From positions 580 through 64,579 of the forward strand of contig JBAZKN010000005.1 in the NCBI GenBank assembly GCA_041650755.1: a stretch of 64,000 nt of DNA. Reading direction: 5' to 3'. Shown here one piece after another: positions 48,491-57,867 of this stretch (the stretch's first letter is position 1; each line of letters begins with the position of its first letter). Under the pieces are notes generated by a model, which searched no databases, was not told where the DNA came from, and saw only the letters and a program-made list of their open reading frames with translations. The stretch is from Patescibacteria group bacterium (GTDB taxonomy: Bacteria > Patescibacteriota > Patescibacteriia > UBA1558 > GWA2-36-10). Both the position numbers and the translations under genes were made by a program.

Positions 48491-50581
48491 TTATTGATTA
48501 ATCGCTAAGAGATATAGATGCTGGCCGTTTAAGAGGTAGATGGCTTTTTCGGCCGGATCGATAGTCAAATCTAAGAGATTATCGAATTTTGGCGAAGTAT
48601 ATTGATCTTTAATATTGCCGTCTTTATTTAAGATAATGACGCGTTTGTTTTGCGGATCAATAATATACAAGAATTTTGAGTCCCGAAAAGTTTGGATAGT
48701 GGCACCTTTGCCAATCTGCGGTCTGGGCATTTGATAGGTAAATTTTTCTTCTGCTCCTTTGGTAAATTTTTTGATAATTCCCTGATTGTCGATACTATAT
48801 ATACTGCCGTCAATGGCAAAGCTATTTACATCTCGGACATCGCTGTCGCCTTTGAGCCATTTCTGGCCATTAGTAAAGCTGTTATTTACCCCCGGATATT
48901 TGAAAAATTGATTGGCCTGAGTGTCCAAAACATAAAGATTGTCGCTATAAATATTAAGGTCTTGGACAGAATTATTGCCGGCGGATTTGGCAAAAGCAAA
49001 AGCGTCCATAGTTTTGTTTTGGATATTGAAGATAAAATATTTTTCATTGTTTCCCAAAATTAGATTTGGTTTATTTGGCCAATCAGCCAGTAGTTTGCCT
49101 TCATTGAAATCAGCCATTGGCTCTACTGACTGGTTTTTGACTTGATATAATTTTTGTTGATCCAAAATATAAAATTGACCTTGTTTTTGGGCGATTTGGC
49201 GGGGCGAAGCTAGATTAGCCAGACTAGCCAGCTCGACTGGCTCAGGCACTTCATGTATGCGTCGGATGGTATTGAGCTGGTGAGCCACCTTGTCTTTGAT
49301 GGCGTCAATTTCTGCCTGTTGGCGCGGCGAGCTGACATTCAGGTTTTGCAGGCTGTTTTCAATTTCTAAGATTAGGCTCTCGGCCGCCATTTGGTCATTG
49401 TAGATCATTTTGCTTTCTGCCTCGGCAAATTTGGCATTGATAGTTTGAATCAACTCTTGATAAACCTGACTTTTTTTATCAAGAGATTTTTTCTGCGTCA
49501 AAATAACCAGGCTTTGCATAAAAATCAGCACGGTGATCACTAGGCCCACCAAGGCTATTTTTTTGGCCAAATTCAATCTTTGCCACCAGTTATAGCGTTC
49601 ATCAATTTTGCTTTTGACCGTATTGATGGCCTGGTCTTCTTTTTCTTGCCGGAAACGTCCGGAGAAGATGAATAAAACGGTGTTTTTGATCTGTCGATAA
49701 ATCCAAGCCAACATTTGCCAGATTGATTTGAAAAATATGGCGATCAGACTGAAGAAATTTTTGCCGCCCCTAAACCAGCGATTGCGCTTGATCACGCCAA
49801 GGTCAAGGACAGTTTTAGTGTGAGTTTGGCCCATGATATCAGCCGGGCTGGAAACGATATTGCCGCTTTCGGCTCCCACCTCTGATCCTTCAGGGCTTAG
49901 TCGCATTTGTTCGGGCCGGAGCTCGATATCGGTACTGGATGGGTTTTTTATAAACAGGGAATTAAAAGTGACAAAATCAGGCACGGTTTCTAGGAGTGAG
50001 CCGATCTTATTGGTGGCTGACATTGGGGTGTAGCGGCGGATCAATTGCTTGATTTTTTCTTTGGCAATATAGTCAAACAAGGAATTGGTTGAGACAATCA
50101 GAGCATCGCCTTCTTCCAAGCGACCGCTGACTACATCAGCAAAAGCCTTGGCTGGGTTAAAACTGGTATTTTTTTTGGTGATAGGCAAATATTGGGCCTT
50201 GGTTATCAGCCAGGCATTGATATTGCCAATAGTGGAGATAAATACTTGATCCTGATAAAAAATGCCCACGGCCATATCCAGGGTATAAAGCCAATTGCGC
50301 AGGCGGCTCAAAGAGCTTAGCTCGGGCAGAGATTGGTTTAGCTGCCGCAGGATTTCTTCCAAGACCGTTTCCGGGTCCGGGTTGTTGGTAGAGGCAAAAT
50401 GATTGGCTGCTCGGTTGACCAGTTCGTCCAGCAAAGGCTGTTGATCTATTTTGTTTTTGGGAACTTCGAGAATGATAAAAAGCTGGCCGCATTCATTTTG
50501 GTCACTTAGATAGTTGGTAGACAATTCTCGGCCGTTTAAAGAGTCGTGGCGGAATAATTTATGGTGCTGCAAAATAGGCAT
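48491..50581 (-). CDS. Membrane protein: PP2C-like N-domain, TM, coiled coil and beta-propeller
   Basis: SGRLEEGDALIVSTNSLFDY; central TM; repeated IYVLD/IDGSIY blades. Confidence 0.65.
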   Translation of the reverse strand: MPILQHHKLFRHDSLNGRELSTNYLSDQNECGQLFIILEVPKNKIDQQPLLDELVNRAANHFASTNNPDPETVLEEILRQLNQSLPELSSLSRLRNWLYTLDMAVGIFYQDQVFISTIGNINAWLITKAQYLPITKKNTSFNPAKAFADVVSGRLEEGDALIVSTNSLFDYIAKEKIKQLIRRYTPMSATNKIGSLLETVPDFVTFNSLFIKNPSSTDIELRPEQMRLSPEGSEVGAESGNIVSSPADIMGQTHTKTVLDLGVIKRNRWFRGGKNFFSLIAIFFKSIWQMLAWIYRQIKNTVLFIFSGRFRQEKEDQAINTVKSKIDERYNWWQRLNLAKKIALVGLVITVLIFMQSLVILTQKKSLDKKSQVYQELIQTINAKFAEAESKMIYNDQMAAESLILEIENSLQNLNVSSPRQQAEIDAIKDKVAHQLNTIRRIHEVPEPVELASLANLASPRQIAQKQGQFYILDQQKLYQVKNQSVEPMADFNEGKLLADWPNKPNLILGNNEKYFIFNIQNKTMDAFAFAKSAGNNSVQDLNIYSDNLYVLDTQANQFFKYPGVNNSFTNGQKWLKGDSDVRDVNSFAIDGSIYSIDNQGIIKKFTKGAEEKFTYQMPRPQIGKGATIQTFRDSKFLYIIDPQNKRVIILNKDGNIKDQYTSPKFDNLLDLTIDPAEKAIYLLNGQHLYLLAINQ

Positions 50582-50652
50582 TTTACATTTATAACAAATA
50601 ATATTATACTATATTTAGCTATTTTAGTAAATAAAATCCATAATTAATTTCT

Positions 50653-51291
50653 ATGCTTGAACAAATTTTTGGTTCAGCTGCCCGCACGGAGATTTTGAAG
50701 TTTTTTTGCGTCCATGCCCAGGAAAAAGTTTTTATCCGAGAATTAGCCAGACGCCTTAATTTACAGCTCAATTCTATCCGCCGGGAGCTTGATAATCTGG
50801 AGGATTTTGGTTTACTCAAATCAGCCGAGGATAATGGCAAAAAATTCTATTTTGCCAATCAGGATTTCCCCTTATTTTTGGAAGTGAAAAATTTGGTTCT
50901 CAAGGCCATCACATTGGAGGAAATGTTTTTGGCTGATAAAATGTCTAAAGTGTCCGGATTGAAATTGCTGATTTTTACCGGTTTGCTTACCAAAGCCCCG
51001 ACTTTGACAGATATCCTGATAGTCGGTAAGATCAGGAAAAGGGATTTTGACAAGTATTTGCGAAAAATAGCAGCCGGCTTAAGCCATGAGTTGCGCTTTA
51101 CTTTTTTAAGCACCGAAGATTATCTATATCGTTTGTCAATAGTTGATAAATTTATCTATGATATTTGGGCGCACAACAAGATAGTAGTGGTTGATAAGAT
51201 TTCCAAAGAACAGGAAAAAAGAAGGGCCAAGGATTTTGGCCTGAAGCACTTCAAGGAAGAGGCCGGAGCGGAAAAACCAAGGAAAAATTAA
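50653..51291 (+). CDS. Winged-helix transcriptional regulator with NTase-like C-terminal half
   Basis: IFGSAARTEILKFF..FIRELARRL..IRRELDNL; DILIVG. Confidence 0.7.
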   Translation: MLEQIFGSAARTEILKFFCVHAQEKVFIRELARRLNLQLNSIRRELDNLEDFGLLKSAEDNGKKFYFANQDFPLFLEVKNLVLKAITLEEMFLADKMSKVSGLKLLIFTGLLTKAPTLTDILIVGKIRKRDFDKYLRKIAAGLSHELRFTFLSTEDYLYRLSIVDKFIYDIWAHNKIVVVDKISKEQEKRRAKDFGLKHFKEEAGAEKPRKN

Positions 51292-51302
51292 TTAATTATT
51301 TT

Positions 51303-51671
51303 ATGACCGATATTATACATCCAGATTTTAGAGCCAAAAAAATTATTAAAGTAGAAAAAGTGTCCGGGTCAGGCGAGGGAGGACAGCCCAAAAAGGAAAA
51401 ACAGTTGTCTGAGCGTGATTTTTTGACAGCTGATGAGATGAGGGCTTATTTGGCAGATAATAGCCAGGGTATTGATTTTCAAGCGCTATTGTCTTTGAAG
51501 GTTGATAGAATCTCCGTAGCTGAGGCCAGAAAAAAAATAATAGATTGGTTTGATCGTGATTTGATAGATGAGTTGTTGGCGGCTAGGCAAAAATGGCCAG
51601 AAGAGCCGGTCAAATTCCGCGCCCTTTATGAAGAGATTCTGTTCCGGATAGAGACTAAGCCAGCAGAATAA
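51303..51671 (+). CDS. Hypothetical protein
   Basis: 122-aa ORF tightly packed in the operon. Confidence 0.5.
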   Translation: MTDIIHPDFRAKKIIKVEKVSGSGEGGQPKKEKQLSERDFLTADEMRAYLADNSQGIDFQALLSLKVDRISVAEARKKIIDWFDRDLIDELLAARQKWPEEPVKFRALYEEILFRIETKPAE

Positions 51672-51676
51672 ATATT

Positions 51677-52105
51677 ATGCTAGTTATTCTCAATATTTTA
51701 AATAGGCGTTCAGCCCAATGGTTGTTGGTCCGGCAGGATAAGATTGTTGCCCAAGTTAATTTCATTTTATCGACTGATCAGGACAAGTTGCTTTTTACTT
51801 TAGATAAATTATTGAAAAAAAATAAAATTTCCCTAGCTAAAGTCAAGGGTTTATTTTTATTGGTGCATGAAACCAGTTTAACGCAGATAAAATTATTTAC
51901 GGCTACCATAAATACTTTGGCTTGGTATCACAGTCTGCCAGTCATGGCCGATTGGCATTATTTGGGCAAAATAGAGGATGATCTCAAAAAAATAACAGCC
52001 AGTTTTAAAAAAGTGAAAAAATTCAAACCACTGGTAGTTACCTATCAGCGTCCGCCAGACATTACTATCAGTAAAAAAAGGCCAAAATTTACTATTCACA
52101 GATAA
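51677..52105 (+). CDS. Short degenerate TsaB-like protein
   Basis: LLFTLDKLLKK..I..VKG..S.T.IK..INTLAW..LPV..Y.RPPDIT pattern. Confidence 0.55.
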   Translation: MLVILNILNRRSAQWLLVRQDKIVAQVNFILSTDQDKLLFTLDKLLKKNKISLAKVKGLFLLVHETSLTQIKLFTATINTLAWYHSLPVMADWHYLGKIEDDLKKITASFKKVKKFKPLVVTYQRPPDITISKKRPKFTIHR

Positions 52106-52134
52106 TAGACCATAAAAAACCATTTAAATCACGT

Positions 52135-52347
52135 TGTGGATAAGTGGTTTTTTGTTATTTAACAAAAAAGTGGCAAACATGGTCTAATATATGGCGGCTT
52201 GCATCAAGCATGCTATTTTTTAGTAATGTCGTGTGGATAAGTTAAGCTTTATTTTTATTGACATTTTGTGAGCTGGTGGGGTATAATGTATTAAGAAAGT
52301 AAAATTGTGGTAAAAAGTGGGGAATTATTAACACCACCTGTGGATAA
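52135..52347. promoter_or_regulatory. mraZ promoter region with three DnaA boxes and MraZ-type GTGG repeats
   Basis: TGTGGATAA at 52135, 52232 and 52339; TTGACA(52258)-18-TATAAT(52282); gtgg repeats about 10 nt apart. Confidence 0.7.
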
Positions 52348-52356
52348 GTATAGTTT

Positions 52357-52788
52357 ATGTTTATTGGTGAGTACAAATATAATCTAGACGACAAAAATCG
52401 TTTGGCTATTCCTAGCAAATTTCGTCAACAGTTTGCTGGCGGAGCAGTGATTACCAAGGGCTTGGATAATTGTCTGTTTATTTATACTGCTAAAGAGTGG
52501 CAGAAGTTAGTTGAGAAGCTAGCCAATTTACCTATTAGTCAAGCTAAATCCAGAGCTTTTTCCCGTTTGATGCTGGCAGGAGCCATGGACGCGTCTCTAG
52601 ACAGGCAAGGCAGGATTATTTTGCCTGATTATTTGAAAGATTTTGCTAGTTTGAATAAACAAGTAGTAGTAGCTGGTTTATACAACCGTTTAGAGGTTTG
52701 GGATGATAAGTTATGGACTAAATATCAAAGATTATCAGAAAAAGACACTAATCAGATGGCCGAAGGTTTGGTTGACTTAGGTATTTAA
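52357..52788 (+). CDS. mraZ: Division/cell wall cluster regulator
   Basis: MFIGEY..LDDKNRLAIP, DRQGRI. Confidence 0.96.
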   Translation: MFIGEYKYNLDDKNRLAIPSKFRQQFAGGAVITKGLDNCLFIYTAKEWQKLVEKLANLPISQAKSRAFSRLMLAGAMDASLDRQGRIILPDYLKDFASLNKQVVVAGLYNRLEVWDDKLWTKYQRLSEKDTNQMAEGLVDLGI

Positions 52789-52789
52789 T

Positions 52790-53788
52790 ATGGCCGTCTA
52801 TAGCCATCAAAGCGTTTTGGTCAAAGAATTGATTCAGTTTTTGCGGCCAAAACCCGGGCAGCACTATGTTGATTGTACTCTGGGAGGTGGGGGACACACG
52901 GAAGCTATTTTGCAGCTTACTAGTCCCAAGGGCAAGGTTTTGGCTTTTGAGCTGGACGAAAGAGCCATAGCCGCTGCTAAAAAAAGATTAAATAAATATT
53001 CCCATAGATTAGAGATAATTCGAGATTCTTACGCACATTTACAGACAACCATAGAAAAAAGACGGCCCCAGTGGCCGAAAATTTCCGGCGTGATTTTGGA
53101 CTTGGGTCTTTCCTCTGATCAGCTAGAGCAAGCGCAACGAGGATTTTCTTTTCAAGAGGACAGCCCTCTAGATATGCGCTTTGATACCAGACAGACTTTG
53201 ACCGCCAGCGACATTGTTTTGACTTGGCCGGAAGAAAAAATTCGAGCAATATTGCGCGAGTATGGTGAAGAAGTTCAGGCAAAACGCCTAGCCAAAGGCA
53301 TTGTTCTTTGGCGCGACAATTTAATCTCTGCCAGGGGATCATCATCTTCTGGACAAAAACAAAAACAAAAGATTGTCAGAACTTCCATGCTTGTCTCCAC
53401 CATACTCGCCATATTGAATATCAAAACGGCTGATTTAAAAAAATATAGACGGCATCCAGCCACTAAAGTTTTCCAAGCTTTGCGCATTGCCGTCAATCAA
53501 GAATTAGAAAATTTACAAGCAATTTTGCCACAAGCAATTGATATCTTGGCTCCGGGCGGGCAGCTGGCGGTGATCAGCTTCCATTCCCTAGAAGACAGAA
53601 TTGTCAAAAAGTTTTTTCAGGGCCAGACTAAAAAATGTGTCTGCCCGCCCGACTCACCCATTTGCGTTTGTGGCGCCAAAGCTCGTTTGCAGATTATGAC
53701 CAAAAAGCCGATTCGCCCCAGCTGGGTAGAGATAGCTTCAAACCCCAGGAGCCGCAGTGCTTTATTGCGGGTAGCCAAAAAGCTATAG
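52790..53788 (+). CDS. rsmH: 16S rRNA m4C1402 methyltransferase
   Basis: DCTLGGGGH, DLGLSS, FQALRIAVN, SFHSLEDR, NPRSRSA. Confidence 0.96.
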   Translation: MAVYSHQSVLVKELIQFLRPKPGQHYVDCTLGGGGHTEAILQLTSPKGKVLAFELDERAIAAAKKRLNKYSHRLEIIRDSYAHLQTTIEKRRPQWPKISGVILDLGLSSDQLEQAQRGFSFQEDSPLDMRFDTRQTLTASDIVLTWPEEKIRAILREYGEEVQAKRLAKGIVLWRDNLISARGSSSSGQKQKQKIVRTSMLVSTILAILNIKTADLKKYRRHPATKVFQALRIAVNQELENLQAILPQAIDILAPGGQLAVISFHSLEDRIVKKFFQGQTKKCVCPPDSPICVCGAKARLQIMTKKPIRPSWVEIASNPRSRSALLRVAKKL

Positions 53789-53826
53789 TCAATTTTTTAA
53801 ATAAAAACAAAAATAAAAATTCTTTT

Positions 53827-54147
53827 ATGTTTAAATCAAAAAAATTATCTACTATGTGGTCGCAAATCAAGAGGCATAATACTTTGTGGGCAGTGTTGAT
53901 AGTTGTTTTTTGGATGTTTGGTTTGGCTTTGAGCAATTTTGCCAATAATCAAAATTTGGAGCGCTCCGAGCTGAACAGGAATGTGCGCTTAGCCGAAGAT
54001 CAATCCAGGATTTTGGATGCCCAGGTGAGCGAATTGCAGGCCATGGACAGGATAGAGACCGAGAGCCAGAGGCTAAACTTGGTCAAGGTGGATAGCCGCG
54101 ACATCATTTATCTCAAAATCAGTGATGACAAAGTGGCTTTAAAATAA
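53827..54147 (+). CDS. ftsL: FtsL-like cell division protein
   Basis: TM plus coiled coil, between rsmH and the PBP gene; start reassigned to MFKSKK. Confidence 0.6.
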   Translation: MFKSKKLSTMWSQIKRHNTLWAVLIVVFWMFGLALSNFANNQNLERSELNRNVRLAEDQSRILDAQVSELQAMDRIETESQRLNLVKVDSRDIIYLKISDDKVALK

Positions 54148-54171
54148 CCCTATTAAACTGGTAGAAGTATT

Positions 54172-55980
54172 ATGAACTTAGGTCGTTGGCATCACAATCA
54201 GACTACCAATACCAGAATTAATACCCTGCAAAGGGTTATTTTTTTCTTTGTGCTGATAATCATTGGCCGTTTGTTTTATTTGCAGATTATCCAGAACAAA
54301 CAGTACGTCAAACTTGGCGCAGAACAGCGGGCCATTGAACAAGAGGTCAAGCCGGAAAGAGGCAGGATTTTGGCTCTGACCGATGCTTCAACTTCGGACC
54401 AACTGTATCCCTTGGCTGTCAATCGCGTGTATTATGAGGTGGCTTTGGATCCAGCCAAAATTACCCGACCACAGAATATTACTGATATCGTGGCGCCGAT
54501 TTTGGGCATAGATGCCCAATTGGTTTTAGATAAATCCAATCAAACGGACAAGCGCTATGAAGTTTTGGCTAAAGCGGTGACCGAAGAAAAAGTTGCGGCT
54601 ATAAAAAATAAACTGGAAATATTACTGGCGGATGTCAATAAAAATAGAGCCAAGAAAGATGTTTTGACTCGCCTTGAGGACTTGGGAGTGATTTTTACTA
54701 AAAATGTTCTGCGCTATTATCCTGATAAAGAAGTCGGTGCTCATGTTTTGGGATTTTTGGGCTATGATGAGCAGGGCTTAAATCGGGTAGGTAAATACGG
54801 CTTGGAAGGATACTTTGATAAGGATTTATCTGGTCAGATAGGTATGATTATAGGCGAAAAAGATGTGTCGGGAATTTTACTGACAGCTGGGCAAGCAGAA
54901 GATGTTGTCAATGGTGCAGATGTTGTTTTGACCATTGATCATACAGTCCAATACAAGGCTTGTAAAATGCTGGAAAAAGCAGTGTTGAAAAATATGGCTG
55001 ACAATGGCACCTTGATTATCATGGAAAGCAACACCGGCGCCATTCGTGCCATGTGTAATTATCCCAGCTTTGATCCCAATGAGTATAATAAAGTTGATTC
55101 AATTGACGTATACAATAATATAGCTGTTTATCAGGCTTATGAGCCGGGTTCAGTGATGAAAGCGGTTGCTATGGCTATAGCTGTTGATCAGGGAAAAGTA
55201 AGCCCCAACACAGCTTATGAAGACAAGGGTGAGGTGAAGTTTGCCGGCGGGCAGGTGATCCGTAATGCCGGCGATAAAATTTATGGCTGGTCGGACATGA
55301 AGAAGGTTTTGACTTATTCTATCAATACCGGCATTATTTTTGCCACCCAAGATGTGCCCAATAAAGTTTTTGCAGAATATATGGAGAATTTTGGCTTTGG
55401 TAAATTAACAGGCCTTTCTATCAGTCAGGAGATGGGCGGTGATATCAGTTCTTTGTCTAAGAGAGGCGATATCTTCAAAGCTACTGCTTCTTATGGCCAG
55501 GGCATCACAGCTACACCCTTGCAGATGCTTAATGCTATCAATGTGATTGCCAACCGGGGAAATTTGATGCAGCCATATATTATCAATGAAATCAGATACA
55601 ATGATAAAGTTTTGCAGAAAACCGAACCGAAAATTTTACATCGGGGCGTGATTTCGGCCAATACTGCTTCGCAAGTTTCAGCTATGATGGTCAATGTGGT
55701 TGATGGCGAGCATGCGGTTGCGGCTCGGGTGCCGGGTTATTATGTGGCCGGAAAATCCGGTACAGCCCAGGTAGCCAATTCGCAGACTGGTAAATACGAT
55801 AACAGCAGAACTATCCATAGTTTTATCGGCTTTGCCCCTCAGGATAATCCGAAGTTCACCATGCTGGTAAAACTTGACAATCCTAAAACTGCACAATATT
55901 CTGAAGGCACGGCCATTCCCTTATTTGGCGAAATCGCCAAATTCTTGTTAGAATATTATCAGGTGCCGCCTAGCCGTTAA
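54172..55980 (+). CDS. ftsI: Class B penicillin-binding protein (FtsI-like)
   Basis: ERGRI, EPGSVMK (SxxK), SIN, KSGTAQ. Confidence 0.9.
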   Translation: MNLGRWHHNQTTNTRINTLQRVIFFFVLIIIGRLFYLQIIQNKQYVKLGAEQRAIEQEVKPERGRILALTDASTSDQLYPLAVNRVYYEVALDPAKITRPQNITDIVAPILGIDAQLVLDKSNQTDKRYEVLAKAVTEEKVAAIKNKLEILLADVNKNRAKKDVLTRLEDLGVIFTKNVLRYYPDKEVGAHVLGFLGYDEQGLNRVGKYGLEGYFDKDLSGQIGMIIGEKDVSGILLTAGQAEDVVNGADVVLTIDHTVQYKACKMLEKAVLKNMADNGTLIIMESNTGAIRAMCNYPSFDPNEYNKVDSIDVYNNIAVYQAYEPGSVMKAVAMAIAVDQGKVSPNTAYEDKGEVKFAGGQVIRNAGDKIYGWSDMKKVLTYSINTGIIFATQDVPNKVFAEYMENFGFGKLTGLSISQEMGGDISSLSKRGDIFKATASYGQGITATPLQMLNAINVIANRGNLMQPYIINEIRYNDKVLQKTEPKILHRGVISANTASQVSAMMVNVVDGEHAVAARVPGYYVAGKSGTAQVANSQTGKYDNSRTIHSFIGFAPQDNPKFTMLVKLDNPKTAQYSEGTAIPLFGEIAKFLLEYYQVPPSR

Positions 55981-55990
55981 AGCCTATATT

Positions 55991-57268
55991 ATGAAGCGAA
56001 TTTTCCAATCAATTTTATTCTTTTTTATCAAATTACCGGCCCAAGCCACGCTGCGTAAATATCATCCGCAGATTGTAGCTATTACCGGTAGTGTTGGCAA
56101 AACTTCCGCTAAAGAAGCGATTTTTTGCGTTTTGGGCAGCAAATATTCGGTGCGCCGGTCTTTAAAGAATTATAATAATGAGTTAGGTTTGCCCATGACA
56201 ATCTTGGGCCAGGATAAAACAGCCGGGAAGAATATTTTCAAGTGGCTGGGGATTTTTATTGCAGCTATAAAAAATTTATTGTTTAGCGATAAAAATTATC
56301 CGCAAATTTTGATTTTGGAAATGGGTGCTGATCGGCCAAATAATATAAAATATCTGACGAAAATTGCCCGGCCGAATTTGGCAGTGATCACTACTATTGG
56401 TCAAAGCCACATCCAATACTTTGGTAGCGAAGCCAATATTGCCAAAGAGAAAGCCACTATTTTTGTTCGTTTGCATAAAGATGAGTGGGCTATATTAAAT
56501 TATGATGATAGCAGATTGCGCGAGCTTGTGTCCGGCTTAAAGTGCAAAGTTTTGACTTTTGGCCAAGAGCAGGGCAGTGATGTGCAGATCAGCCAGGTAC
56601 ATCTGACCAAAAAAGAAAATAGCATTGGCACGACTTTTAAGCTGCATTATGGCGGGGCTGATGTACCTATTTTCTTGCCCAATGTCTTGGGTGCACAGCA
56701 TGCTCAAGCGGCAGCTACAGCGGCAGCCGTAGGCTTGGCTTGGGGGCTTAATTTGGTCGAGATTAGCCAGGCTTTGCAGGGATATAAGCCAGCTGCCGGC
56801 CGAACCAATTTGATAGCTGGCGTCAAAAATACTTGGATTATCGATGATACTTATAATGCTTCACCGCAATCAGCCAAAGTCGCCCTGGATATATTAAAGG
56901 ACTTTCCCCAAGCCCAGCGTAAGATAGCTATATTTGGTGATATGTTGGAGTTGGGTAGCTTTACAGAAATTGGCCATCAAAAAGTAGGCGAGTGGGTAGC
57001 GCAGCTGGGTATTGATTATTTATTCGTGGTTGGTGAAAAGTCTCGCGATATAGCCAGAGGCGCCAAGGCTGCCGGTATGCTTGACGATCGGATATATCAT
57101 TTTCCCAAAACCATTGAGGCAGGCATATTTTTACAAGAAAGATTGAAGTCCGGCGATGTTATTTTGATCAAAGGTTCCCGCGGCAGTAGAATGGAGCAGG
57201 TAGTGTATGAAATTATGGCTAGGCCATGGGAAGCTGATGATTTACTAGTCGGACCAATTAGCCGCTAG
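55991..57268 (+). CDS. murF: UDP-MurNAc-tripeptide--D-Ala-D-Ala ligase
   Basis: ITGSVGKTSAKE, NNELG, DDTYNASP, GDMLELG, KGSR. Confidence 0.93.
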   Translation: MKRIFQSILFFFIKLPAQATLRKYHPQIVAITGSVGKTSAKEAIFCVLGSKYSVRRSLKNYNNELGLPMTILGQDKTAGKNIFKWLGIFIAAIKNLLFSDKNYPQILILEMGADRPNNIKYLTKIARPNLAVITTIGQSHIQYFGSEANIAKEKATIFVRLHKDEWAILNYDDSRLRELVSGLKCKVLTFGQEQGSDVQISQVHLTKKENSIGTTFKLHYGGADVPIFLPNVLGAQHAQAAATAAAVGLAWGLNLVEISQALQGYKPAAGRTNLIAGVKNTWIIDDTYNASPQSAKVALDILKDFPQAQRKIAIFGDMLELGSFTEIGHQKVGEWVAQLGIDYLFVVGEKSRDIARGAKAAGMLDDRIYHFPKTIEAGIFLQERLKSGDVILIKGSRGSRMEQVVYEIMARPWEADDLLVGPISR

Positions 57269-57314
57269 CTAGATTGACATAAGTCTATAATTTTGGTAGA
57301 AATATTTAAGTTTT

Positions 57315-57646
57315 GGCCCTATTGTCTAACGGTTACCTACCTGCCCTGCCTACCGGCAGGCAGGGGACACTAGGTTTTCCCGCCTTCGCTAAAGCTTCGG
57401 CGGGCAGGCATCCTTTCTTGTAAAAGCTATTTTCTTTTGGTTATTATGGCCTCTTCGTCTAGCGGTTAGGACACTAGGTTCTCATCCTAGTAACAGGGGT
57501 TCGATTCCCCTAGAGGTCACCAAAAGAAAATAGCTTTGCGAGTTAAGGGTTTTTACACTCCGAAGCCCGAAGGGCGTAGGATGGGCGATTCCCTGCTGTG
57601 CCCCGCGAAGTCCCGTGGAGCGGGACGGAGTGGGGTGGGGTCACCA
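57315..57646 (+). pseudogene. tRNA-Glu(TTC)-like gene split by five insertions (pseudogene or multiply spliced)
   Basis: Pieces at 57315-335, 57365-378, 57409-414, 57541-551, 57586-594 and 57636-646 concatenate to a tRNA-Glu colinear with the nested copy; promoter TTGACA at 57274. Confidence 0.7.
57448..57522 (+). tRNA. tRNA-Glu(CTC)
   Basis: Complete cloverleaf; anticodon arm ctagg-tt-CTC-at-cctag; GTTCGATTC; CCA encoded. Confidence 0.95.
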
Positions 57647-57652
57647 TTTTAG

Positions 57653-57729
57653 GGGTGCATAGCTCAGTTGGTTAGAGCGTTGCGTTCACATCGCAAAGGT
57701 CCCTGGTTCGAGTCCAGGTGTACCCACCA
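57653..57729 (+). tRNA. tRNA-Val(CAC)
   Basis: GGGTGCA/TGTACCC acceptor stem; ttgcg-tt-CAC-at-cgcaa; CCA. Confidence 0.95.
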
Positions 57730-57813
57730 TTCGATTCCCCTGCACCATGCGGTGCAGGGTCGCTCGTGGTCTTCGACCATTCGATAGTTAATTTATGCTA
57801 CGAAGTCGAGGGG
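57727..57813 (+). repeat. Short member of the CCA-abutting palindromic repeat family
   Basis: ccattcga..cgctcgtggt..cgaagtcgagggg; the inner hairpin gcaccatNcggtgcagg recurs near 59372-59390. Confidence 0.6.
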
Positions 57814-57867
57814 TATTCGCCGCAAGATCACTGTTACAAGTCAGTGGTTTTTTGATATAATATAATC

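Noticed and set aside
52135-52347. oriC
   Set aside because: No adjacent dnaA/dnaN and no change in gene orientation across the site; skew cannot be computed here.
53635-53826. N-terminal extension of the ftsL-like ORF
   Set aside because: Overlaps rsmH out of frame; the downstream ATG gives a typical FtsL length.
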